64,000 nucleotides of DNA from Macrostomum lignano (Eukaryota), in contig NIVC01000573.1 in assembly GCA_002269645.1 (NCBI GenBank), positions 1 through 64,000 on the forward strand, given 5' to 3'. Below, piece after piece: positions 22,777 through 34,600 of the stretch. Both the position numbers and the translations under genes were made by a program. How positions within the stretch are numbered: the first letter of the stretch is position 1; each line of letters starts with the position of its first letter. The notes below the pieces were generated by a model. That model was not told the DNA's origin and made no database searches. It worked only from the letters and a program-made list of their open reading frames with translations.

Positions 22777-25700
22777 ATGTCCGACCTCAAGGGCGAGCTG
22801 GAGAAGCGGAAGGCACGTCTGGCCCTCCTGCGCCAGCAGAAGGCCGAGGCTGCGGCCGCCGCAACTGCTGGGGCCACCTCGGGCCACCACAACCCACAGC
22901 AGTCTGCAGCAGCAACTTCTGTTGCCACCACCGAAACTGCCGAAGACATTCTGCGCGAGCTGGGCATCGACCCGACACCGTCGGCGCCTGTCGACCCAAA
23001 GTTGTCGGCGTCGGACACTTCGCCACCGTCATCGTCAAAGTTGTCGCCGCCGCCACTTGACGCTCCGCAGGCGCAGGCAAAGCCGCTGAAGCATCTGAGC
23101 GTGTCCCGGCTCACCCAGACCAGCGTCTGCCAGCCAGCGCACTACTGCAAGGAGACGCAGACTCTGCAGCAGGTCTGCGAGCGGGATCGCGATAGTGAGA
23201 GCCTCTGAACTTAAAATTCATAATTCATAATTTACAATTTCACTCCTATAAAACTATATGTCTTTCAAGTGAGGTAAAATTAGCATACGCAGAATGATTA
23301 ATGACCCCCTTTAGGCAATACAAGTTGAAACAATATTCGACAATTTGCACTTTTTATTTTTAATTTCAGGTCGACTTTCCGAGTCGCACGGTGAGTTTTA
23401 GTAGTGACAAATTCAATTCTATTTGTACAAAACAACGGATAGATTTCTTTTTGCCCTTTCAGTTGACTCGCCCAGGTTTCTGTCTACGCTCGAATGGGAC
23501 GACGAGTTCAATCACCAGATGGCGCGTATGTACTTTTATTGCTCTGTATACCGACTGGGCCTTGCTGCTTAGTTTTTCAAAGTACTTTTTTGCTTTATAG
23601 GCATTGTTGATTAGGAAAGCGTAAGTGTCAAGGTTATAGGCTTGCCCAGCAGGAATTCGTGTCTGCCATTTCTTCGCCGCTCTTGATGCCGCATGACCCA
23701 ATTTCGCACCCCTGACACCCTATTTAACACCCCTGACACCCGATTTCGCACTCCTGACACTCAATTTCGCACTCCTGACACCCGATTTGACACCCCGTGA
23801 CATCCGATTTGACACCCCTGACACCCGATTTGACACCGCCTAACACCCGATTTCGCCCCTTGACATCCGATTTGTCACCCCTGACACCCGATTTGACACC
23901 CCGTGACATCTGATTTGACACCCTCTGACACCCGATTTGGTACCCCTGACATCCGATTTGACACCCCCTGACACCCGATTTGACACCCCGTGACATCTGA
24001 TTTGACACCCCCTGACACCCGATTTGGTACCCCTGACATCCGATTTGACACCCCCTGACACCCGATTTGGTACCCCCTGACATCCGATTTGACACCCGAC
24101 ACCCGATTTGGTACCCCCTGACATCCGATTTGACACCATGACACCCGATTTGGCACCCCTGACACCCGATTTCGCCCCCTGACATCCGATTTGACACCGT
24201 CTAACACCCGATTTGACACCCCCTGACACCCGATTTGACACCCCTGTACTTTTAACTCCCCATTTTGCGCCTTAGGTACTCAGTTTCTCGCACCTGCTAC
24301 GGTTAAATTTTTGGCCCCTTTAAAATCTTCTCAAAGTATTTCTCTTCGGGGCCAAACTGGGCGCTCTTCTAGACACTGGACTCCACAGTCCCAAATGCTA
24401 CTGAGTTTTGCCTCCAATCCACTCAAGTTATTGATTGCTACAGCATCTGGGCAGGCCAGCTAGGGCATGAAGCAAGCAACCCTTCGTTCCTCACCCAGTT
24501 TGCATAGAGTGGCCGTAGCGATGGAGAGACTGCAATCAGAAGAATCATTATTAATGATTTTTTTGGATAAAGTAAATCATAATTCCTTAGACTCGAATTG
24601 GCGCTGATGCCTGAGGGCAAGGCTTAGGCAATGAAAATCAGCGAATCAGCGATGATGTGCAGTGCTTTTCGGAATCCATGATGCACAGTCAGTCTGTGTT
24701 TCTCATTGGCTGTTGAGAATTATCAATGGGTTATGGATTTCCGTGTGATTTGCAAAGCAATGGAATTCTGACTCATATATTGAAATCTAATGGGTTATTT
24801 TTACTCTAGAAATCTAAAGGGTGAGAGTTCAGCGAGTTCTAGAAATCTAAGGGTGAGAGTTCAGCGAGTTCTAGAAATCTAAGGGTGAGAGTTCAGCGAG
24901 TTCTAGAAATCTAAGGGTGAGAGTTCAGCGAGTTCTAAAAAGCTAAGGGTGAGAGTTCAGCGAGTTCTAGAAATCTAAGGGTGAGAGTTCAGCGAGTTCT
25001 AGAAATCTAATGGGTGAGAGTTCAGCGAGTTCTAGAAATCTAATGGGTGAGAGTTCAGCGAGTTCTAGAAATCTAAGGGTGAGAGTTCAGCGAGTTCTAG
25101 AAATCTAATGGGTGAGAGTCCAGCGAGTTCTAGAAATCTAATGGGTGAGAGTTCAGCGAGTTCTAGAAATCTAAGGGTGAGAGTTCAGCGAGTTCTAGAA
25201 ATCTAATGGGTGAGAGTCCAGCGAGTTCTAGAAATCTAAGGGTGAGAGTTCAGCGAGTTCTAGAAATCTAAGGGTGAGAGTTCAGCGAGTTCTAGAAATC
25301 TAAGGGTGAGAGTTCAGCGAGTTCTAAAAATCTAAGGGTGAGAGTTCAGCGAGTTCTAGGAATCTAAGGGTGAGAGTTCAGCGAGTTCTAGAAATCTAAG
25401 GGTGAGAGTTCAGCGAGTTCTAGAAATCTAATGGGTGAGAGTTCAGCGAGTTCTAGAAATCTAATGGGTGAGAGTTCAGCGAGTTCTAGAAATCTAAGGG
25501 TGAGAGTTCAGCGAGTTCTAGAAATCTAAGGGGTGAGAGTCCAGCGAGTTCTAGAAATCTAATGGGTGAGAGTTCAGCGAGTTCTAGAAATCTAAGGGTG
25601 AGAGTTCAGCGAGTTCTAGAAATCTAATGGGTGAGAGTCCAGCGAGTTCTAGAAATCTAAGGGTGAGAGTTCAGCGAGTTCTAGAAATCTAAGGGTGAGA

Positions 25701-28700
25701 GTTCAGCGAGTTCTAGAAATCTAAGGGTGAGAGTTCAGCGAGTTCTAAAAATCTAAGGGTGAGAGTTCAGCGAGTTCTAGGAATCTAAGGGTGAGAGTTC
25801 AGCGAGTTCTAGAAATCTAAGGGTGAGAGTTCAGCGCGTAGTGGAAATCTTAGCTGTGCTCCGTATACCTCCGTGCTCACCGCTCAGTGTCCGAGTCGGA
25901 GCTCTCAGTCGGCGACTTCCCTGACGTTGCGACCGCAGCGCTGGCCCAACTGCGCTCTGTCAACGGCCTCGCAGCCGCTGCCACCGCTGTCGCCACGTCG
26001 GACGGCGATGTTGCTACAGCGACGCCGCCGACTCCGGCTCCGACGCCGACTACCTCGACGGTGGCTCTGTCCGACCAGCAGCGGCACTGCCGGGAGCTGT
26101 CCGAGTCCGAGCGGCAGCAGATTCTGCTGTCCGACAATTTCCAGGCCTTCTTCGCCCGGGCCAGCCGGGTTGTCGAGCGGGCCCTGGCCGAGACCGAGGC
26201 CGAATATTTTGAGACCGACGGCGAGGCCGACGCCGGAAGCGACGCCTATGATGAAGGCGCCGTGGCCGGGGGCTCCAGCGTGCGCGTGTGCCGCACCTTC
26301 CACGATGACAAGTGAGGAGGCTGCGTTTGAGTTGTGGGAACTCGTCCAGTGTCAAGACAGTGTCTATAGATTGTCTGGAGAATACCTATATATTGTTAAG
26401 AGAGTGTCTATAGATTGTCAAAAGAGTGTCTATAGATTTTCAAGAGAGTGCCTATAGATTGTCAAGAGAGTGTCTATAGATTGTCAAGAGAGTGTCTATA
26501 GATTGTAAAGAGAGTGTCTATAGATTGTCAAGATAGTGTCTATCGATTGTCAAGAGAGTGTCTATAGATTGTCAAGAGAGAGTCTATAGATTGTCTGGAG
26601 AGTGTCTATAGATTGTCAAGAGAGTGTCTATAGATTGTCAAGAGAGTGTCTATAGATTGTCAAGAGAGTGTCTATAGATTGTCAAGAGAGTGTCTATAGA
26701 TTGTCCAGAGAGTGTCTATAGATTGTCAAGAGAGTGTCTATAGATCGAGAAGTATCATCTCGATCGAGCGTTCACAGATGTCTGTATAGTCTAATACTGT
26801 AATGTGAACTCGAACCACCGACCACCGCGCCAGGTGGTCTCGCGGCCGCTGCGTCACCGCCCTGGACTGGTCGCCGCACTACCAGGAGCTTTGCCTGGCC
26901 GCCTACGCCGAGTCGCAGCAGTCGCATCCCGGTGGAGACTCCGATGGCGTCGTCTGCGTGTGGAACGCCCGCTATCGCTGCGATAGTCCTGAGTTCGCGC
27001 TCCACTGCCAGTCACCCGTCACGTCGGCCTGCTTTGCCACCTACCAGCGCTGCCTCATCGTTGGGGGCACCTACTCCGGGCAGCTGGTGCTCTGGGACAC
27101 CAGGACTCATAGGTTAGCTCTCTGGGCCATTTTCCCCTCTTCTTCACCCTCCATCCCCTCTTCTTCACCCCCATCCCCTCTTCCTCACCCTCCATCCCCT
27201 CTTCCTCACCCTCCATCCCCTCTTCCTCACCCTCCATCCCTCTTCTTCACCCTCCATCCCCTCTTCCTCACCCTCCATCCCTCTTCTTCACCCTCCATCC
27301 CCTCTTCCTCACCCTCCATCCCCTCTCCCTCCGCTACAGTTGTCTCTTCCTATCAAATGGTCCATTTTAATTTTACAAGCTATGACTTGGCTGTTCGTTT
27401 CTTGTTGCATATTTTTGCAATTATTGGGCTTCAATTCTGCCTGAAGCCTCGCTTAATTTGCGCACCTACGAACCACCGCTGTGCCCCGTGAGAGTCTTCT
27501 AATTAATGAATTCCTTGAGGTTGCAGGTTTCGCTGCACTGCAATGAAGCTGAAAATTTGAAATCTATAGTGAAGTGCATTTTTTGCTTTCTAAAAAATAC
27601 TCCAAACAGACGCTGAGTTGTCAAGTAGTTTATGCGCACCTAAACATGATCAATTATCTGCCTGCAGACGCACGCCTGTCCAGCGCAGCACCCTTGGCGC
27701 GCAGGGCCACACGGAGCCGTGCGTTTTCACTCGCGTTCTGGGCACCGAGCGCGCCAACTTCTTGGCCACCCTGTCCAGCGACGCCCGCCTGTGCACCTGG
27801 TCGCTGGAGTCGCTTACTCAGCCTGTTGAGACCTGCGATCTCATGCTGTCGGCTGCCGGGCACTCCATCCGGAGCCTGGCGGCCACCTGTCTGGACATGC
27901 TGGACGGCAACCGCTTTGTGGCCGGCACCGAGGACGCCATGCTGTGCGTCGGCTGCCGGCACGGCGTCCGGGCCGGGGTCATGACCTCACTGGCCGCCAG
28001 CCACCAGGTAACTGGATACTGATCTTAGTTTTGGCTGACTGATTCCAGATTGACCCTAATTAACTCAGTTTAGTCCCACTAATCCCAGATTGACCCTAAT
28101 TAACTCAGTTTGGTCCCACTGATTCCAGATTGACCCTAATTAACTCAGTTTGGTCCCAGTGATCCCAGATTGACCCTAATTAACTCAGTTTGGTCCCAGT
28201 GATCCCAGATTAACCCTAATTAACTCAGTTTGGTCCCACTGATCCCAGATTGACCCTAATTAACTCAGTTTGGTCCCACTGATCCCAGATTGATCCTAAT
28301 TAACTCAGTTTGGTCCCACTGATCCCAGATTGATCCTAATTAACTCAGTTTGGTCCCACTGATCCCAGATTGACCCTAATTAACTCATTTTGGTCCCACT
28401 GATTCCAGATTGACCCTAATTAACTCAGTTTGGTCCCACTGATCCCAGATTGACCCTAATTAACTCAGTTTGGTCCCACTGATCCCAGATTGACCCTAAT
28501 TAACTCAGTTTGGTCCCAGTGATTCCAGATTGATCCCACTGATCTCAAATTGATCCCACTAATCTCTAATATTCCTACTAATCCGGCTGATTCAATTTTT
28601 CATTCCCCTGATCCCAGGTCCCATTTTGATCCCTTGGATGCCCGTTTGAACCCGCAACCCCAGTTCGATCCTCGTGATCCAAGTTTGCTCCACTTTACTC

Positions 28701-29233
28701 CACTCCCACTTTCTCAACCCAGCTCCCTGTAGATCCCTTAACCTGCCGTTAACCTACTGTCCTGCTGCCCCTGTCCGCAGGCGCCAGTCACCTCGGTGGC
28801 GGCCAACCCGAGCCCGGACCTGTCCCACGTGGTGCTCTCCTCCTCCATGGACTGGACTGCTCGGGTCTGGTCTCTGCGCGAGCCGGCTGAGCAGCCTCTG
28901 GCGTTGGAAGCAGCCGCCGACTACGTGATGGACGCGCGCTGGTCGCCGGCGCACCCCGGCCTGCTGTGCACCGCGGATGCCGCCGGCCGCCTGGACCTCT
29001 GGAGCCTCGGCTCCGACCCCGAGCAGCCGCTGGCCCGCTGCCAGCCGATGGGAGCCTCCGGGGCCGGCCTGAACCGCTGCTGCTTCAACCGGACCGGCTG
29101 CGTGCTGACGGCTGGCGACCACCTTGGCCGGGTGGCCCTGCTCGAGCTGTCCGAGGCGCTGGCCTCGCCCCGGCCCGACGAGGCTCAGCTGGTGTTGCGG
29201 GCTCTGCACGAGGCCCGACAGGCTCGGGCTTGA
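22777..29233 (+). CDS. DYNC1I: Cytoplasmic dynein 1 intermediate chain, join(22777..23194,23370..23390,23463..23525,25888..26311,26834..27112,27668..28007,28781..29233), 665 aa
   Basis: N-terminal MSDLKGELEKRKARLALLRQQK helix, LC8 site YCKETQT, roadblock region ELSESERQQILLSDNFQAFFARASRVVERAL, WD40 motifs LDWSPHYQEL, GGTYSGQLVLWD, RTPVQRS, SSMDWTARVWS, WSPAHPGL. All introns are GT-AG with matching phases; total 1998 nt. The exon 1 donor and small exons are less certain than the WD40 exons. Confidence 0.93.
23700..24245. repeat. Intronic minisatellite, 20-22 bp (CTGACACCCGATTTGACACCC)
   Basis: Tandem degenerate copies in dynein IC intron 3. Confidence 0.9.
24815..25836. repeat. Intronic minisatellite, 32/33 bp unit AGAAATCTAA(T)GGGTGAGAGTTCAGCGAGTTCT, about 31 copies
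   Basis: Period 32 (24841, 24873); ends about 50 nt before the acceptor at 25887. Confidence 0.97.
26355..26745. repeat. Intronic minisatellite, 22 bp unit GTCAAGAGAGTGTCTATAGATT
   Basis: Period 22 (26461, 26483), dynein IC intron 4. Confidence 0.95.
27130..27330. repeat. Intronic minisatellite, 21 bp unit CCTCACCCTCCATCCCCTCTT
   Basis: Starts just after the donor at 27113. Confidence 0.9.
28040..28540. repeat. Intronic minisatellite, 40 bp unit GATCCCAGATTGACCCTAATTAACTCAGTTTGGTCCCACT, about 12 copies
   Basis: Period 40 (28201, 28241), dynein IC intron 6. Confidence 0.95.
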
Positions 29234-29264
29234 GAGCTCTGCGCCCTCTGACTCACCGGACCGG

Positions 29265-29610
29265 AAGTTCCCTCCCCAACAAGAATTGCCCGGAAGTTAT
29301 GGAAATTTCTCAAAAGCAAACAAAGTTTTCTTCCAAACTGGAATTCCACGAAACCTTCCCCGAAAACTTTGATACCGAAAGATCGGTTCCCCCAAATCGG
29401 AAGTTTCTTAAACCGGAAGTTTCCCTCCCCAAACCGGAAGTTTTCCCAAACCGGAAGTTCCCCAAACCGGAAGTTCCCCAAACCGGAAGTTCCCAAACCG
29501 ATAGTTTCAACAAACCGGAAGTTTCTCGATCCAGAAAATTCTCCGAACCAGAAGTTTTTCCCCAAACCGGAAGGCTAACCCAAACTGAAAGTTTTCCCAA
29601 AGCAGAAGGT
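29265..29610. repeat. Degenerate repeat with core AAACCGGAAGTT
   Basis: Around ten CCGGAAG(T) cores with variable spacing just after the dynein IC stop codon. Confidence 0.7.
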
Positions 29611-31668
29611 TCCTGAAATATAGTTGAACATATTAATACCCGAGCTGCATTATACGTGTTCTTCCATATAAAATGACAGAGGTGAAACTCGAAAGTCTGC
29701 TGTCAGCAAGTCTGAATGTACAGTACAAAGTACACTCTGTGCTCATGCTGCGCACGCCCAGCCCGCCCGCCCGTCAGTATTTCGCGCACTTGAACTGGAC
29801 CGACCAAATGCTTACAATGCCAGCGTGTTTTATGCCCGTGTTGTTTTGGTTAAATGTTATTCGTAATTTGTTTTAATGCATTGTTATATTGAGTGCGTTT
29901 TGAGTAGCATAATTATTGTTTTGTTTCTGCAATATTCATCTCTGATTTTATATTTATAGTTCAGTATTTGGATTCGTAACTGACTGACAGCTACAATATT
30001 GATATGGCACATCTTGCTGCTGCAACATTACTGCTTTCACTGTTTTAGCACATTCTATTAACACCGGAAACCTTTAGAACGAACCTCTCTGAAGAATCTC
30101 ATTCGGTTTAAGCTAACCTGCGATATTTTTTATTAAAATGCTTTCTTTGCTAGTCAGATTTTCTTAGCAACGAATTTTTATTCATTCACGCCATCGCATG
30201 CTACTTTTCTCTATTGCTGTGCGAATATCTTCACGGGGCAAAATCTTCAACGAATTTCCTGACCGTTTATCCAGCTCGCGACATTGCGTCACCCCATTGC
30301 ATGCAAGTAAAACTCTGTGTTGTCGTCTTTTGTCCTACGTCTATATCGAATAACATTATACAGCCATTCTCTGCAATAGAAATCCTTTTTTGTCTGTGCT
30401 GATTAAAACGAAGCTTTATTTACTTTAAATGGCGTTTATTTACTTGTGTGAACACGTGCGGTTACTTATCGACACTTGATTCATATCAAATTACATGTAC
30501 AGCTAGAGCATTTGCTGATGACTACACGTAGTGTCAAGTTCTATGCTTAATGTACAGTTGGATTTTACAAGTAAATGTACTTTTGCATCTGGGCCAAAAT
30601 GTTTAAATGTACAGTGCATACACCATGTAAGTGTATATGCACTGCTCGTACAGTAATTCCACATATGAGTGCCGTCGACCGAAGTTTCCAACGTCGGTAT
30701 ACGTGTCGCTGGCAAATAAGTACAGTACTTTTTACATTACACCGTCTTAATAGAAGTGTAAATCCGACGTAAAATCCGATGTATCTCCGGCCCCGGCGAC
30801 GTTGGATAGTCTAGCATAGATTCCGGAGGCGAGCCTTATGATGCGGCTTCTGTTTTACAAGACCATGCATAAAAGATAGTGTAATTTTGTTTTGTTATTA
30901 ACGAGACCTTTGACTGAACCTGGGGTATTATAGATTCGATTAGTCATGTATATATGTGAAAGCCGAACAACACTCCAGCAAGAGAGAAAAGATGGGGGCC
31001 TAAAGCGCGAAGAATCTAGGAAGCTACAGGTTAAAGCAGAGAATTCGCAAATCAATACGAAAATGGACAAGTAGACAATGGATAAATAATCAGCGGTCCC
31101 AGTGCGTACGTACAAACTGCTTCTTGGTATCTTCACTGAGGTTAGAAAAGTATTCTATAGTTGTTTTACACTCGTACTTATAGTTACACAGTCTGCACAG
31201 TGCAGTGCTAATCAGTACTCGTAAACTCTAGGCTTGAAAATGACGCTTTCGTAAAAAATTACAAATTCGAAGTTTTCTTAGAAAGAATACTAATTAAATC
31301 TAGATACGTATCAGTTGATGAAAATCACATTTCTGGCTATAAGAAGTGCACGCATACTTTTCCATTCATCATTTATACTGATTTGATTATTCTACCTTAA
31401 CATCCTTTCCATTTTAACTTTTCTATTTAGTAAATTAGAGGCCTGATTAAGACAACCTGATTATTTACTGAAGTGCTGCGCCACTACCTTTATTAAATTC
31501 CTAATTCAAAACAGAGCCTCCGCTTCTGCTGCTTCTTAAGTAAACCAATATAAGGCCATACATTAAACAGGCCAGGTTTAAACAAGAGGCCTAAATTTTA
31601 TTTAATAGCCTACCAATACAATAGCACTAAATTTTTGTTTGCTTTTGGCTTTGGACCAATATTCCATA

Positions 31669-34600
31669 ATGACTGCTGTGAACAAATCACATTATATCTT
31701 GACTAAGAATCACAAGATCCTTTGCTCTTTACTTCTAGTTGCTATTATTGCAGCAAATGTAAGGCCAATGCTTACCAATCCTGTACCAGATGTTTCAGCT
31801 AGGCCTATTGCAAAATCAAAAACAGAAAAAACAAAAATGGATAATATCAATAGTCCTAAGGCTAAACCTAATAGTATTAGCAAAGGTAAGTAAACATTAT
31901 CATCTATTTTTAGTATTAAAATTAAAAATGAGCATGAAATAAAAATCAGGCCTATATATTTATATATATTACTCAATAGACTTTATCAAAGGCAAAGCTA
32001 GGTGGTAAATCTAATATATTATATTATTATATATAATACGGAATACATAGGCCTATGGCAAATCCAAAAATCAGAGCAAGTTTTTTGAAATTTCATTTTT
32101 TGGTGATTTGAAAGCAATGAAGCCATAGAATAAATTTATTTTAGTTTATGAAAGTTAAAAAACACCTATAAAAGCATAAATTCTTCACATATAGTCTTAT
32201 CTTTAATAAAATGATTTGTTACAAGCAACAGTAAATAAAATTATGACTAAAATGACTTATAAAAAATAAAAATTATAGAGAAGCTCTAATAATATATTTC
32301 TTAATTTTAAGTATCCTATATTATTATATTCTATAATTATAAAGCTACAATAGATTTAATATTATTTTCAAGGGTTTATTTGTTTATCACTTTCATTACT
32401 ATTGACAATGTGTATTTTGTAAAGTTTGTTTGCAATAAATACTGTATGCAATGTAAGTTTATTATTAAGCATACAAATTCCCATAAAGATCAGAAAATTG
32501 CATTTTACTTAGCTTCTACTAAAGCAATTAGGAAAATTCTTTTTTTCTTATATCACACCACAATGATAGATATTTATTTGTCATTTCATTGTTCTTTGTT
32601 GCTTCATAAGCTTATAGGAAGCATTTGATTTAGATGCCAGGTTTACATTTTGTGGTAGGCCATACCATTTTTACTCAAAAATTTTAAGTCTAAATATTAG
32701 CATGTTACATATATTAATATTATACAAGTTGATATTTAAATGAAAGAAAACAACCTATAGATTATTTTGCAACAAGGAATGAGCAGTATATTTACTTTTA
32801 GAGAAAGTTGTTTGCTAGCAAACTTTGCACCTTAAATTAGTATGAATTTTTGCAATTTTTACAGTTTATGTGGTTTTTAAAAAACTTAGAAATCCTTCAA
32901 TATCCTTAATCTTTTTAAATAAAATAAAAAAAGTAAAACATGGAATACTTTTTGTTTTGTAAGTAGTAAAAAATTTGCCTTTTCTAAGATCTATAAGTCT
33001 TAAAATTAATTTTTTATGAGTGAAAAAAGTGAAACATTAAATTGTAAAGCAGTCAACTTGGACTTTTAAAATGCCTTTTTGTGGTTTTTCACTCATTTAT
33101 TCCATGATATAAAGCATGAAAACAATAGTTTTTATCCAGAACTTTTTTAAATATTTATCTGTCTTTTAAAAAGCTTTCTTTAATATATTATCTTCCATCA
33201 AATCTCTGCAGATTTGTTTTACTATTTTATCCCACATTTTGGATTTTGCTATATATAGTGTATTTTTGTTTTACCTAGGCCTAGGCCTACCTTTTAGTTT
33301 TAATCTAGTCTATAAAATAGATGTGTGGTCAGTTTATCTGCCACTGTTTTGTTTGCCAATAGATGAAATGACTTTTTGAAAAAAAAGAAATTAAATTTTT
33401 TTTATTATTTCTTATTATTTCTTATTTTTTATGATAAGATTTGCAAGCCATAAAAATATAGTAAGATATCATTTTTGTATATGTAATTTTGTTGATCATA
33501 ATATTTTGGAAAAATGTGATAACTTATTATATAAGACAACAATTTAAATTTTAACTATCTAGTTAGCATGACTGCATTTCCTTAATTGGATAATTTATTA
33601 TTTATGACTATGTATAATTTATCATATATTATTTTTTTTTGTTTTCTTATCATGAAATTATCTTTTTCTAATGCTATAATGCTGACATAATAGTATAGTT
33701 AATATTTTGTAGGAAACAAGTGACTATTTATTATATTTTTAGATAGAAGAGTGACAGACCAACTAACAGCAATTTAAATAGTTATCAACCAAAAAAATAG
33801 CCCCATTTTAAGATTTACAGGCCTATATATACTTGGAAACATTGAAAAGTCGCCATTCTATCCACCAGTGAGCAGTTTCTCTGGGACTATTTTGAATAAA
33901 AGATATGAGAAAACTGATTAGGGTAGCTTTAACCTATCCAACCCTCACACACCGCCCCCCCACTTCATTTTGCGTCACTTGTTGCGTCACTTGTAAAAAT
34001 TGAGAGACTTCACCTGCACTCTCAAAAGTGGCGACCACAGACGGAATCTTCTGTGATGGCAACTTTTCGATATTGCTGAGTATATAATCTAGATTAAAGG
34101 CTTTAACAAGACATTAAAATATTTAATTATTATATGAGAAAAATATTGGCATGTCAGAATTTTTGACATCTTTTTTGCAATCTAGAAAATGGCTAAATTA
34201 TTTACAAGTCCATTTTTGTTGCTTTTTTTCAAACCCAGATTTTTTGGCAGTGGCGCAACCAGGGGGAGGGGTGGGGGGGGGGCGGTCGCCCCCCCCCTTA
34301 GGTGGGAGACTGAAAAAAAATCAAAGGGGGACCAAGCGAATTTTCGCCAAAAACAGAGCCACCCCTCTGCTGCCCCCCCCCCCTCCTGGGACTTTACCCT
34401 CAGAATCTGCCCCCCTTGAAAAATTTCTGGTTGCGCTACTGTTTTTTGGTGTCACTGTGAGCAAAATAATATATCATTTGTATACAAATGCTTCCCTTTA
34501 TGAGCTCAAGTTGATATGCCCTTTACCCAGTGATGAGCACCGCTATAATTTATTTTTAGTGCCACTAATTAGCACTGTCACTAATTGATAGACAAAAAAT

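Noticed and set aside
23370-23390. Reading the microexon as VDFPSRT, like vertebrate IC VDFPPRE
   Set aside because: That needs phase 0 on both sides, which breaks the frame with the next exons. The phase-1 reading gives a continuous 665-aa protein. RNA data could overturn this.
31710-31976. Hydrophobic minus-strand ORF as a membrane protein
   Set aside because: It is antisense to the TGN38-like exon 1, which has an ATG, a signal-like segment and a perfect GTAAGT donor in the right phase.
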